A stretch of DNA of 64,000 bases from Babesia bigemina (taxonomy: Eukaryota), in contig NC_027218.1 of the NCBI RefSeq assembly GCF_000981445.1, forward strand, positions 2,046,001 through 2,110,000, written 5' to 3'. The translations under genes were made by a program, and so were the position numbers. Shown here in pieces: positions 34,001-46,234 of this stretch; the first letter of the stretch is position 1; every line of letters begins with the position of its first letter. The notes under the pieces were generated by a model. The model was not told where the DNA came from and did not search any database. It was given only the letters and a program-made list of their open reading frames with translations.

Positions 34001-37000
34001 TTAGTGCGTAACACCAAGGTAACCAATAGGGTCCTCGTCGAAGTAGTCGACGTCTTTGTAAAGTGAGAGCATCTTCCGGCCTTTCGTGAGTAAGGCCTTG
34101 ACGTCGATGTGGTGAGAAGCCTTGGTGCGGATAAGGTGTGATCGTATACGCAGCACGTCCAGGCGGTACAGCATCGTGTTGGCGAAGACGAGGAATGCGA
34201 GAGACCAGAGTGCGACGATGGTGTAGATGAATGGCTCCCGGATGCCGTAGAGGAAATCGTCCATGGCGGTCATGAGTGATGCGATAGGCTTGCCATCGAC
34301 AATTTCTTTCAGTTTACTCATAACATCATAGCACTTGACTGTCGACTGCGATTTGCCCTCCGGTGGCGTGAACCCGTGAGTGTAGAGGAGGGGAAGGGCA
34401 GTGGAACACAGGTGGAGGGATGTGCACTTGGCAAAATCATGCTTCTTGAGTTCATAGTGCAGTTTTTCAAGTGACTCCCGCAGTCTGTCCGGCAGGTACA
34501 CCGTCCAGCTGAGGTAGGTGTGGACAAAGCTCTGGGAGTACAGGGCGTAGGCCCGGTAGGTGATGGGCGGGCAGTGTGGTCGGCAGTTGGCAAAGTCACT
34601 GCCGCAGCCAACCAGTGTAGACAGCGTCTTGGGATGCTCGTTGTCGTGGTTGTTATTGGAGATCATGTTGAGAGCCTCGGAGCCTCGGAGGCCACTGACA
34701 GCTTGGAGGTCGGAGGCACCAAGACAGTCCCAGTCAGGGCAGTCGGCATGTGACTTGGTGATGGCAGTGCCTAGTGAAGAAAGTGCCTTCAAAGCATACT
34801 CGTGCAGCTCATTCCCGAAATGATGGAAGTACGACACAAGCTCCCCGGTGGTGCGCGGCGTCCGCCTGGTGAGGCAGTTGAGGTAGGACGCCAATGTCAG
34901 CAGGGGATCACTACCGCCGCAGCTGGGAGTGAGGATGGCGGAAATGACACTGCCCTGTTGCGATGTCTTAGGCAAATCCTTATCTCTGAATCCCATCCTG
35001 ACACGGCTCTTGAGGCACAGGTTGCACGGGTCGAAGGGGTGAGTCTCGAAGTCGGAGTCCCAGCCGTCAGTCAGGAACGCCTGGAGGGGGGACGATGTCT
35101 TGATGTCACTGCCATATTTAGAATCCTGCCAACCACCAAGGGATTTACCTCGTTTACACTGCGCCTTCAGGAACGCCAACTGGTGGCAGCAGGCGTAGAC
35201 GTAGTCACGCAGCTGGCAGAGGAGGCAGGCTGGGTCGGGGGAATAATGAAGTTTATCATATTCTAATTTGAAGTCGATGTCAGATAGAGCATCGCCGGAT
35301 TGCATACGCATTATTCCGTTCAGGACGTGTGCGGAGTAGAGACAAGCCTCGGTAAGGGTGTCGGCGATATGAGATGCGGACAAGGAGGATAGATCCCCGT
35401 TGACCTGGAGGGCATACTTAGGGTAGAATGTATCGCCGTTGAACACCATCAACAGGCCTTCGATGTGTCTCTCCATTTTGGCAATAAGTCCGTACGCATT
35501 GAGACCGACCAGCCAGAAGAGCATGGCCTTGACGTTGGTGGGAGGCGGTAGATGGTCGGAGTCTGGTGGAAGGGGGAGGGTTGATGAGGTGGCAGAATCA
35601 TGAGCGTAATTCCATGGGTTATTGCACATGTTGGGGTTAGGATCAACGATGAGACCGTAGTTTATAACATTGTTCCATTTGGGATTATATTCAAAAATTT
35701 CATCGGACGTTTTTTTAGGGCTTGGACCATAAATTCGATAAGCTTCATGTGCGTTGTCTTCGAAATCATCCACGTTTAGTGATGGTGCCAAAGCGATATC
35801 AAAGTCACCTCCATGGAACATTTTTTTCAAATGTTCACTTTGAACAATTTCTCCAGCACGCTTTATGCTTTCCACATGTGCCTGGGTAGCATTCTTCTCC
35901 TTTTGTTCCAATTCTTCTTTATACACTTTCTTTTCGTCCGCTACACGTTGCCTCTGTTTCTCGTAATGGTCCTTTATACGCTGCGCTGCATCCTTACTCT
36001 TCTGCGCAAAGCTTTGCCTGTCGGTAGAGTCTACTACTTTAAATGTAATATCTGGATGCTTGAGTGAATCTGGCAATTCGCGAGGATCAGGTAATGCAGG
36101 AAGAACAGTTGTAATAGGCGGATTCAATTGCATATGCTGAATCCTCCCCCGTCTTAATTCCTCTTCCGCATCCTTGTTGTGTTTTTTGATTTGATCCTTT
36201 TCTTTCCGCTCCAATGTTTGCAGCGCTTTCCGCTCGTCTATGTGTCGACCCAAATCATCTTGAATTTTCTCATGAAACAGCCTATCTCGTTGATCTTGCA
36301 ATCGCTCCGGCAAATCATCGTCGATAGGTTTGCCCGTTATTTCGCGATACAGCAGACCAGGATACCACCACGGCCAGTGCTCACCATAGGCATCGTCGGT
36401 TGGCTGCGACCCATCTAATTGCGGCGCAGCCTCTATAAATTTCCTCTGCTCCTCTTCCTGTCTTAAGCGCGCTTCATTAGCTCTGTTGCTACGTTGCAAT
36501 GTTTTCTGTATTCTATCTAAATCCTCATCATGCTTTTTCACTCCTTTGCCCTGTTGTTTCCGCTTTTCCCACTCCGCCTTAGCCTTCTTTTCTTGTTCCG
36601 TGTTCACTGTTTCTTCATCTCGTCTAAGCTGTTCCACTTCCTCCTGCTGAGCTGTACTTTCCAACGATTTCAGAAATTTAATGCCCTCAACTTTTTTCTT
36701 TATTTTTTCCTGTAGTTCCTTAGAAGCGGTATCTGGAATTGGCTGACCATCAAATTCGGAAGGTTGATTAACGGCCATGCTACCATCGTCATGCCTACCT
36801 CTACCTTCTGCTGGCTCATAGTACCGACGTCCCTGACCATCACGGCTACCGGGAGGCAGAGGATAAGGCCCGGGAGCAAGACGGCTGGGCTGAACTGAGG
36901 GGGTGGGATGAATTGGACGGGAAGGCCCGGGAGCAACAGGGCTGGTTGGAGTTGGACGGTTGGGTGGAATTTGAAATTGCGGAATTTTACGATTTGGATG

Positions 37001-39460
37001 TTTAGTATTACGGTCATTTAGTATGTTTTTTACGACTGTTTTCTCATAAGCATTTGCGATTTTATTTTCTGCGTTTTCAGAGAGAGGTTTGCGATAAGAC
37101 TTATTCGGCTTAGGACGACAGAATGATGTGCCAGACATATCTACGGATTTAATTTGATTGGCAGGACACGTCGGCGAATGTTGTTTAACCAAAGCGGGAT
37201 CCTGACCAACTCCCTTCCCATTACTCCCACCAACCCCTCCAGCTCCACCGCCACCGCCACCCGAACCAGTGGTTGCCGTAGTAGCAGCGGTGGTAGAACT
37301 TGGCGATGTACCTTGGCCATTTTGTTGAGTGGTGCTAAAAGTGGACCCCTGGTCACCCGTGCCCTGACCACCGACTGGAGCAGGGACACTGGATGACGGG
37401 GGGACAGGACTGGAATCACTTGAAGGCTGAGTGGTTACATTCTGTGCAGGGGCACCAGGCTGTTGAGCTGTAGGACTACCGTCATTTGGACCTTTACTCG
37501 TACCACCTTGCTGACCAGGCACAGAAGCAGACACCTTACCACTACCGGTACTAGGGACACCATGTGACGGAGTCCCTGAGCTTGAAATACTTGGATTCTG
37601 AGATTGCCCAGTTAATGAAGGGGCACCACTCTGCGATCCCTTACTCTGCCCACCCGGTTGACCAGGCGCAGAGGAAGGCCCCGGACCACCATTGTTACCA
37701 GAGACACTAGATGACGAAGAACGTGGAGAGAGAGCACTTGACGATTTAGGAGGTAACGGCTGTGAAGCGCCAGCAGTATGCGAACCTTGAGCAGCACCGC
37801 CATTTGCACTCCCACCCCCGCTACCCGGCTTACTAGAGGAGACAGGGCCTGCAGGAGTGCTGGGATCAGCTCGAGGGGGAGGGTTTGCCGGCGGTTGAGG
37901 TGGAGTATGTTGAGATGTAACAGTATTTTGAGACGAAGAAGATGTTGTAGAGCCGGTACTAGTAGGCCCTTGTGTGCCTTTACCACCTTGAGGCCCTGCA
38001 GGGCCTGGCGCTCCTTTAACACCGGTACTCGGAGATGGAGAAGATGTGGTAGCTGATGAACTTGAAGGATTTCTTCCACTTTGAGCTTTGGTTTGATTTT
38101 GATTTCTCTCAGCTTTCTTGCCCTGGTTCTGTGCTCCCTCCACTTTCTTGGCCTGGTTCTGTGCTCCCTCAGATTTCTGGCTCTGATTTGGAGTTACTTT
38201 GGATTGACTTACAACAGGCTTCGCCGCCTCGGTTTTGACAGCGGGCTTTGTTGACGTGGATTCTCGAGCAGATTTTCTCTCCGGCGCAACTGCCTTGGGT
38301 GCTTCGGAGGAAGTGACAGGTGGGGGGGCAAGATTGGGACACGATGCTGTATACTCACCTTCTAAGATTGCTTTAAGCTGTATCAGCTTACTTTCAAGCT
38401 CGTTGAATCTCTGTAAATTAAGAGTCCACTGCTGCGGCAAGCCCCTTTTCAAAACGTTCGGTTTACTGCCGTCGAAAATGAACCCACGGGGATAAAGTTT
38501 ATCGTTGGCAAATGATTGCAGTTCAGTCTTCTGCGAATTGATTGACTGAGGTATCATTTCACTCAATTCGCCTGCGGCTTTTGGCAAGTTTGCTCTAAAC
38601 CATGTAGCGGATGTCTTGGCAAAATTGACTGCGTGTGTAGGCGTAATCCCTCTACCGGTAACAGAAAATCCTGCTCCCGTCAGCGTATCGATGTGTTCCT
38701 TCAGAAGTTGACAATGGTTTTTTAAATCTTGCCAACATATCTTTTTTCCAAGGCCCTTCTCTAAAGCCGCTTTAAAAGCCCCACCGTCAGCATCCTTCTC
38801 TCCGGCAACCAACACGCAAAATACATTAACCAAAGATACAGTGTTTCCAGTGTTGACGGCATGCCACGGTTTATTCGAAATTGTCAATGTAACATTTCTA
38901 AAATGATCATGCACAGGATTTTTTGTTCTAGTGTCAACTTCCTTATTCAAAATCTTTCTCAGTTCGTTTGCTACTGCACGTCCCTCTATATTATTAACCT
39001 CATGGACACTGAACCCACCACGAAGAATGTTATTTCCGGTAGTTAGAAAATTGCAAAGCTCGCCTCTCTGCAGCGACTGTGAAGCCCAATCTCCACCGCC
39101 AACATTGCTAAACGCATCATCCACGTGATACTGCAAGTAATATAATGCAGCAAGAAACTTGGGGATGCATCCTAAAAGCGCGTCAAGAATTTGAGTTTTA
39201 TCCCTTGTGTTAACATAATTACTCGGTGTAGTAATTTTATTAGATAACAATTTAGTACGTAGAGCGGACACATTATTTAGGAAATTAACATATTGAACGT
39301 GTAACCCCCGCTTAAAACTTGGCATTTTTGGAAAAGAAGGCGTCAACCTTTGTACTAACTCAGTTACCACATTACTTTTTTGACCTTTTGGGCCGTTCAA
39401 CCAGTCCAAGAACTCAAAGCACTCCTTAAGAGTGTCCAACTTGACTCCATGCGTATCCAT
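34001..39460 (-). CDS. Large ves/VESA-related variant surface antigen-like protein (paralogue B)
   Basis: ATG at 39460 (MDTHGVKLDTLKECFEFLDWL); same architecture as paralogue A with a different central region; C-terminal TM and YRLDVLRIRSHL...DEDPIG tail. Confidence 0.85.
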   Translation of the reverse strand: MDTHGVKLDTLKECFEFLDWLNGPKGQKSNVVTELVQRLTPSFPKMPSFKRGLHVQYVNFLNNVSALRTKLLSNKITTPSNYVNTRDKTQILDALLGCIPKFLAALYYLQYHVDDAFSNVGGGDWASQSLQRGELCNFLTTGNNILRGGFSVHEVNNIEGRAVANELRKILNKEVDTRTKNPVHDHFRNVTLTISNKPWHAVNTGNTVSLVNVFCVLVAGEKDADGGAFKAALEKGLGKKICWQDLKNHCQLLKEHIDTLTGAGFSVTGRGITPTHAVNFAKTSATWFRANLPKAAGELSEMIPQSINSQKTELQSFANDKLYPRGFIFDGSKPNVLKRGLPQQWTLNLQRFNELESKLIQLKAILEGEYTASCPNLAPPPVTSSEAPKAVAPERKSARESTSTKPAVKTEAAKPVVSQSKVTPNQSQKSEGAQNQAKKVEGAQNQGKKAERNQNQTKAQSGRNPSSSSATTSSPSPSTGVKGAPGPAGPQGGKGTQGPTSTGSTTSSSSQNTVTSQHTPPQPPANPPPRADPSTPAGPVSSSKPGSGGGSANGGAAQGSHTAGASQPLPPKSSSALSPRSSSSSVSGNNGGPGPSSAPGQPGGQSKGSQSGAPSLTGQSQNPSISSSGTPSHGVPSTGSGKVSASVPGQQGGTSKGPNDGSPTAQQPGAPAQNVTTQPSSDSSPVPPSSSVPAPVGGQGTGDQGSTFSTTQQNGQGTSPSSTTAATTATTGSGGGGGGAGGVGGSNGKGVGQDPALVKQHSPTCPANQIKSVDMSGTSFCRPKPNKSYRKPLSENAENKIANAYEKTVVKNILNDRNTKHPNRKIPQFQIPPNRPTPTSPVAPGPSRPIHPTPSVQPSRLAPGPYPLPPGSRDGQGRRYYEPAEGRGRHDDGSMAVNQPSEFDGQPIPDTASKELQEKIKKKVEGIKFLKSLESTAQQEEVEQLRRDEETVNTEQEKKAKAEWEKRKQQGKGVKKHDEDLDRIQKTLQRSNRANEARLRQEEEQRKFIEAAPQLDGSQPTDDAYGEHWPWWYPGLLYREITGKPIDDDLPERLQDQRDRLFHEKIQDDLGRHIDERKALQTLERKEKDQIKKHNKDAEEELRRGRIQHMQLNPPITTVLPALPDPRELPDSLKHPDITFKVVDSTDRQSFAQKSKDAAQRIKDHYEKQRQRVADEKKVYKEELEQKEKNATQAHVESIKRAGEIVQSEHLKKMFHGGDFDIALAPSLNVDDFEDNAHEAYRIYGPSPKKTSDEIFEYNPKWNNVINYGLIVDPNPNMCNNPWNYAHDSATSSTLPLPPDSDHLPPPTNVKAMLFWLVGLNAYGLIAKMERHIEGLLMVFNGDTFYPKYALQVNGDLSSLSASHIADTLTEACLYSAHVLNGIMRMQSGDALSDIDFKLEYDKLHYSPDPACLLCQLRDYVYACCHQLAFLKAQCKRGKSLGGWQDSKYGSDIKTSSPLQAFLTDGWDSDFETHPFDPCNLCLKSRVRMGFRDKDLPKTSQQGSVISAILTPSCGGSDPLLTLASYLNCLTRRTPRTTGELVSYFHHFGNELHEYALKALSSLGTAITKSHADCPDWDCLGASDLQAVSGLRGSEALNMISNNNHDNEHPKTLSTLVGCGSDFANCRPHCPPITYRAYALYSQSFVHTYLSWTVYLPDRLRESLEKLHYELKKHDFAKCTSLHLCSTALPLLYTHGFTPPEGKSQSTVKCYDVMSKLKEIVDGKPIASLMTAMDDFLYGIREPFIYTIVALWSLAFLVFANTMLYRLDVLRIRSHLIRTKASHHIDVKALLTKGRKMLSLYKDVDYFDEDPIGYLGVTH
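38085..38190 (-). repeat. 30-nt coding tandem repeat (QNQxKKxExx) in ves-like paralogue B
   Basis: QKSEGA-QNQAKKVEGA-QNQGKKAERN-QNQTKA. Confidence 0.75.
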
Positions 39461-41664
39461 CCTTTCCCCAACCAATCATACACTGGCCAACTTATATAAA
39501 ACGCCACGGCAAGTGGCCATACGGTGTTAGCCAGGAAACACTAAAGGGGTCAGAGCTCTAAGTTGACGCCCCTTACAAATTACCCTATCCAATCCATTTA
39601 GTGCACTAGGTGAAAAGGCTACAAAGCGCCAAGCTGAGTGACAAAAGTATGTCATGACACAAAAACGGAGCGCGATCAGTTAGGACCCGCAGCCAATCAC
39701 TTGCCCACTTCGCCCTCGTAGACAACATGAAAGACTGAAACGATACCACCATCCCACCTACCTGAGAAGGGAAGGCGGTAGGCCTGTGTATTTGGCAAGA
39801 CTGTAGTGTGACTTACATGAACGGCTGGAGCACAGGGTGGAGCACTGTTTACTCCATGAGGATTCCGGGTGGCATATAGAATGCCTATCCTCACCCCGTA
39901 CCGTGACGCCGCTAAGGCGTCTCACATCGGATTTATGCGAACATTAGGGCACCCAAGATGCAGCGTGTCGCTGTCGCCTGGATAGACACCAGTGCCTCGT
40001 TTTAGTATCACCCCAATGACCACTTGAGATTGCAACCATTACCCCCACATTGCCCTGGCCTAACGAGGTGCACATTATAAATTGCTGCATCAATCGACGC
40101 ACGGAGTTATGGGTTTAGAATGAGACATCTGTGTATAATATAGCCATAGCGACAGCCTTGCCCGCCATAACCTCGTCATCCACCTTCCTGCAGCATTGCA
40201 GCATAATAAAGATGATACTGCCGACTTCAGCTGGCGGCCTAGCTCACTCGTTAATCACGCGATTCAGACGCAGCAGACTTGTATTCAATACTGTACTGCT
40301 GTTAACACAGAACCTTGCGTGCTGAAATCTCTTCACATCCCGACACTAGTGCTGTCGCATTCCTTATTGAACTTACGGTTGTAGAGAGTGTTTCACTGAC
40401 TTGCCACTCACTCCATTTTTCACATCTCAATCATCGTCCTGACACGTAACACCCAATTGTAAATCAGTTGTTGCTTTTCTCTCGCCCGCATACCACTATG
40501 CTGTAAGCTATGTGGAGGCGGCCGGTGACGGGTGGCACCTTGGAACCCGCACTTCAACCTCATCCGTATTACACGACAAAAGTGTTACGGTACGGTCGAT
40601 ATAGTGCGCTGTTATGATATTATGATCAATTAACGCCATTGCCATATTCCTTCCCAGCGGTGGTCTGGTGTAGGCAACCACCGCTACTGTTGTTATCAAG
40701 GTTGGTGTAGCTGCTTAAGTGAAGATACGGGTACCATATAACACCACTTATTACGTGGTGGACGCATTGCTGATATTTTAAGTGGTGAACAAATCTTCTC
40801 ATGGCTGTATACTACTTTAATCGTTCATGCACTGCAAAAAGCAGAGTCAAGGCAAGGAAAACTCATATACGCAATGCACTGGTAAGCACATTTTACCCTC
40901 ACACCAATTAATGAATAATCGCGACACAAAAAACGCCTCTATTTCAAAAAGGGGAACGATAAACTTTTGTACTCAGGGTAAGACGCCAAGTGAATACACC
41001 AGTTCGCACAAAATTTAAACTGTGATTGAGCGACAAAGTTTCGTATCTCGCCTACACGTTACTGGGATTGGTTGCAGATGTGGATTGTGCATGAGGTGGA
41101 TGCGAAAGACTTCGACTAATGCAAGAAATTATGAGACAAACCTAAAACCTAGTGAGGGATCGAAGATAAATAAGAATTAGCGGCATGGAAGAATGGTAGA
41201 TTGCAGGTTGGTGACACATAGAGGCGCTTGTAGCTACGTTAATCAGCGGTTGGTAAATGAGTGACCAGCGGTGTAAGGTAAAGGAATGTCTGTGGATGTT
41301 AGGTTAGGTGGGCTAGGCAGTTACGGCACTACGGCAGCGATTAGAGGTACGATGAAGGCAGTGAGTGTCGTCAAGGCGCCGATACTTTAGGAGTCTGGTA
41401 CGCTTACGTACTAGCAGCGTCTAACCGTGACTTTTCGTTCGAGCACGACGTACGCCAGGTCGCTCTGATTATGCCCGTTTAATTTGCCAATGAGCGTTCG
41501 ACGATGCATCCCGATGTAATTCGTGAACGTCTATCGGATGCACGATCATGAAACGTTTAATAATACATTTGCATATAAGCTTTGTGCTGTGGAACCATAT
41601 TGCTCTGCGATAAGTGCGATAATACAAAGTGTTTGATTTAATTCTAAAATGCAATGCGAAAAGC

Positions 41665-42048
41665 TCATCTGCGGGCGAAACAACTCCGGACCTGGTGGAA
41701 CGGCGGAATGCGAAAGACGCTCATAACACATACGACGATTAGGATAAGTATGATAGCAGTGAATGCGGCAACAAGGACTACAAGCTGCGAATCCTCCTTT
41801 TTACAACACTCACAGGAGCAAGGGTCCGTTTTCGGTTGACATACTTTTTTACAGTTTTCAGGAGTGCATGTCAAACTTTCCATCTTCCTCTGAATAATTC
41901 TCTCTAAACACGATGAGCAAGTTTCATGTTCACTTTCACTTTCACTTTCATCCCCACATTTTTTACAACACAAAAGGCAGCATATACAAAGGTTGCGATC
42001 ACACTTTGTACCGTCCTTACGACAAATACAATCTGCATCCATCTTCAT
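41665..42048 (-). CDS. Small Cys-rich TM protein (duplicate of 10987-11370)
   Basis: Identical translation. Confidence 0.75.
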   Translation of the reverse strand: MKMDADCICRKDGTKCDRNLCICCLLCCKKCGDESESESEHETCSSCLERIIQRKMESLTCTPENCKKVCQPKTDPCSCECCKKEDSQLVVLVAAFTAIILILIVVCVMSVFRIPPFHQVRSCFARR

Positions 42049-42791
42049 TTATCTCCTTAACCATCCAATTGCTCAAGTACGACACACGTGCCATAGCCTA
42101 TCACATTTAAACCAGCAAGCCGCTCCCCCTCAGCTCTATGCGACCAACCGGCCGACCGCCATCCAACGCACCGCCGTCTAGATCACAACTACGTAGCTAT
42201 CACTACTGAAGTACTACCGAGTAAACGCATGTGGACGGTATCCTAGCACAGACATGCAGGTATACCGGTGCCAGTTGCGTAATACACTGCATCACAGACC
42301 GTACAACTTTGTAGCCGCCACTTCTAAATGTCATCTTATTTGAGTTACTATTAGCACTTAAATGATCTACTTCGTATAGTGAATCCGTTTCTCATTCACA
42401 CCGTTACCATCAATGTCACCTAACCACGCCGTCCACTGGCCATCACATAGGGTAACCGCAGCTACATTCATTGCCTAACATCGCACATGATAGCTAATGT
42501 GCCAAACAGTCACGTTGCATACGACGCGCTTTCACTCATCACAGCACTCTTAAGCAGCCACCATCAGTGGTTTATCACCCATGATCACTGCCCACTATAA
42601 CCATGGGAGAACGTTGGCACGTTTCACTAATAACTCACAACTCGACATCCCTAGCCACGAACCTATCAATGGGTATGCTACACTGACTACAGAATTGCTG
42701 ATTAGGCATTACGTAATATATTTGGGTGGGTATTAGGTTAGGCGGTGGGTTGTTGGGTAGTGAGTTAGGTGAGTGGTGGTGAGGTGGTCTA

Positions 42792-45700
42792 TCAAGGTTG
42801 CAGGTAGGTGATCTTGGCAAGTCTTCCGACACGTGCGGCGGCGAGTAGTGATTGAGCGGCGATGCTGTCGAGGATGCCAGTGTTCTGTTTGGCGAAGTCT
42901 TGTGGTTTTAGTCCGACGATCGCTGCTTCGAGGTTATCAAGCTTGCCATGCGTATCACGGTCATACCCATTCTTGCCGGTGAAGTGCATGAGCACCTCAT
43001 CGAGTGCGCCGAAAACAGATTTAAGCCTTTTAGTGTACGTAACCTCAGAAACTGCCGGCGTGCGATTCTTTCTTTTCCTTTCCTCCTTATCCACTCTGTC
43101 GATCTCACGTTCCAGCAGCATTTGCCATGGCCCGAAACAGAGCTTAAAGGCGTATGATAACTTATGAACAGTATAATCATCGCTGCTTAAATCATTAGTC
43201 AGAGGAACATGGAAGTCTTTCATGAACCCCTTAAATCCAATCTTCAAGTCCGCATCAATTTCCCTGGGCAGATCCCTCAACTCAGTCCTCACCTTGCGGG
43301 CAAACTCCGTGAGCAGGAATTTGATGGACTCGACGTACCTTTTGCGGGCGTGGGTGGTGAGTTTGTTGGTGGCTTTCTGGATGTCCTTTTTGACGTGGTC
43401 TGAAATTATTTGAGTGTAGTGTTTATCGGCTCCGGCTAGGAATTTGTCAAGTAGATCGGTGGCGCCATCAAGAGCTTTAGCAACAGGATCACGTAATTCT
43501 TCAAAATTCTCATGAATCTTCTGAAGCGTATTTGGTTTAATCGCTGTATATTTTGCGGCGTTGCCAATTTTATCGTCCCTAAACTTCAGCAAATTATCCT
43601 TCACAACGTTGGCGGACGCTGTTATTGCTCTAGTGATGGTATCAAGATCTTGCTTGATTTTGTCAGACAGAGCAGTGAGTCCCGATGTGATGTGGCCGAT
43701 GAAGATGCCGGCAGCTTCTTCTTTAATGGCGCCGATGGACTCTGGGAGCTGGCCTTCCTCTTTAGTGCCGGTTGGATTTGATTTCAATTTCGCATCAAGC
43801 GTGATGCTACGACGATAGCGTGCAAAGCTTAGAACACCTTCCAACTTGACTTTACCATCACCGGGGTCACTCTCTCCAATCTCCGCGTCCAGTATAGTGT
43901 CAACGTGCTCATCAACATTGTAAAACCCGGTAGCACCGGCTTCTTTGGTCTTTGAATTTGTCGCCCGTCGGAGGTTTTCATTCAGACTTTCCGCCACGCC
44001 GAGAGCAGCATCTACCTTGGCTATTTCAGAAGCCTCTATTCCGGCAAACGCTTCTAGTTCAGAGAGCACCTGGTTGGCTTTGCCGGACAAAGCTGCTAAA
44101 ATGGCAGCCACAGCCGATCTGAGGAAGTTCGCGGAGATATCTTTATGTGTAATTCGCACCACAGATGTATTAATCGCATTGGCTAAACCAATAACTAACG
44201 CACTTGAATCTAGAAATATACTGTTTTTTTCTTTTATCTTCTCATCAAGAGTTGCTACAAACGCAGTGATGCAATCTTCCACAGCCTTTATATTCGTGTG
44301 AATTTTATCCTTGTCATCCCTGCTGACTTTGGCTTCGGCCATTGTTATGCCCACCGATGTCTTTAAATGGTTTACAATTGCATTTGCCACATATTCGGTC
44401 TCTCCCACCTTGATACTATCATGCTCCGTATCGATATATTCCTCCTTAAACTTAACATTTAGTCCTTTATTCATCTTAACATATTGACCGAAGTAATCCT
44501 TAACAACCATATTATCGGACAAAATTTCTTCAATCCACCCTATTACTACTTGCTTAAAATCGTTTTTAAAGTGTCCACTATACTCTTCCACCAATCTCTG
44601 TCTAACACCCTCAAGACCTGTTGTCTTCGTAATCTGAATAATTTGCCCCTTAATTGTACTGAGCAAATTCTTCTTAACATATTCACCAAATGCCATTAAC
44701 AGTCCTCCTTTCACCTGATTCAAACAATCCTTAACCGCCCTGTCCAATATTACGACTTCGTTGAGCGTTTTCTGCACCAAGCTTCCAAGTTTTTCCTTGG
44801 TACTTCTTATGAGATCGTCAAGCTCCTCACTTTTTTTCGTCAACGTTTTCGCATCCTCTTCGATCAGATACGTCTTATCCGTGACACCCTCGGTTATCTC
44901 GTTGATTATCCTCTGAACATCTTCGTCCATTAACGCGTTAATATCCTTTTAGCGGCCTCCATCCAGGTCTCCAACTCAATTACATACTGCGCCAGACTTG
45001 CAGTAATCTTCTCCAAGGTTTTTTTAATAGGCGTAACTCTCTTCCTCAGTTCATCAACAAATCTTTTCACGTCCTCACGAATATTACAATCCACATCCAC
45101 TTTCAAAGTGCTCATCACTTCCTCGATTTTCTTAATCGTTGCTGTCAACGCCTCAGTCTCTTTTTCCTTCACCCTCCCCAGCCGCTCGCTCTCATACTCA
45201 ACTGTCCTACGCACGTTCTCAAGCTTATTTTTCAAATCGCTATTTAAGTCATTAATTGAATCTTTAATGTTACTACGTGCAGTGTCTAAGTTAGTGATAA
45301 ATGTCTGAGCATTTTGTTTGCACTCTTCCAACTTGGCATCAATCTGTCCGACGGCCTGCTCGACTTGCTTATCTTGGTACGGTATCAGATTATTCTGCTT
45401 ATCTCTCATCTCTGCTAAAACATTATCTACGCTTTTCAAAAATGCATCACTTATCTTATCATTGAGTTTTTTTACTTCTTGTTTGACGAGATTATTTGAC
45501 ACTGAAACGGCAGTATTATACCTCCCCACCCCTTCGACCACCTTTCCAATCGCAGCATTAAAACCTTTTTTACCACGGTGTTTATTTTGCTTAAGAGTGT
45601 TAATTGCATCATCTAAAGTGTTTTTATGCTGCCCTAAATGCTCTTTGATGTTACTGAGAACACCACTCAAAAATCCCATCACCCCGTCACACAGCCTGTC

Positions 45701-46234
45701 AAGGTCAGAGTACACAATCCCCTGGCCAGTGTAGCCTTTGGAAGCAGAGTTGAAGCCGAGGAAAGTCTCAAGGCCATCACATAAATTTGTCAGAAGTTCT
45801 TTGCAATTCTTTTCAACAGTGATGCCAGTAAGACTCTCCTTAAGATTTTTAAGGTGATCCAACTTGGACACAATCTCATCATATGCTTTCTGTTGAGAGG
45901 AGTCGAGGTGATTGTAACAGGAAGTTTTATGAGATGCAACACGTTCAAAGAGTGCGTTAAGATCATTGTTACCGGATTTTTCAGGTTCCTTAAGCTTCTC
46001 AATTTCAGCCACTTTATGCTTACAGCAGATGTAAGACTTGGCAGAATCGAGAATCTTGAGAAGCGCACCGACATTAGTTGTATAAGCCTTGTCAATAGCC
46101 TCTGCTATCAATTTTTTCAAAGCTTTGGCCAACTGCTCAAGACCATTACCATCTCCACCACGCCTCACCTGTATCAGCCAGTCGATGGCCTCCCGGAGGT
46201 TCTCCGGGCAGTCAGTTAGCTTCTTCGGTATCAT
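42792..46234 (-). pseudogene. ves-related 'ebh-like' frameshifted gene (duplicate of 12114-15556)
   Basis: Identical ORF pair with the same TAATG overlap at 44930. Confidence 0.75.
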
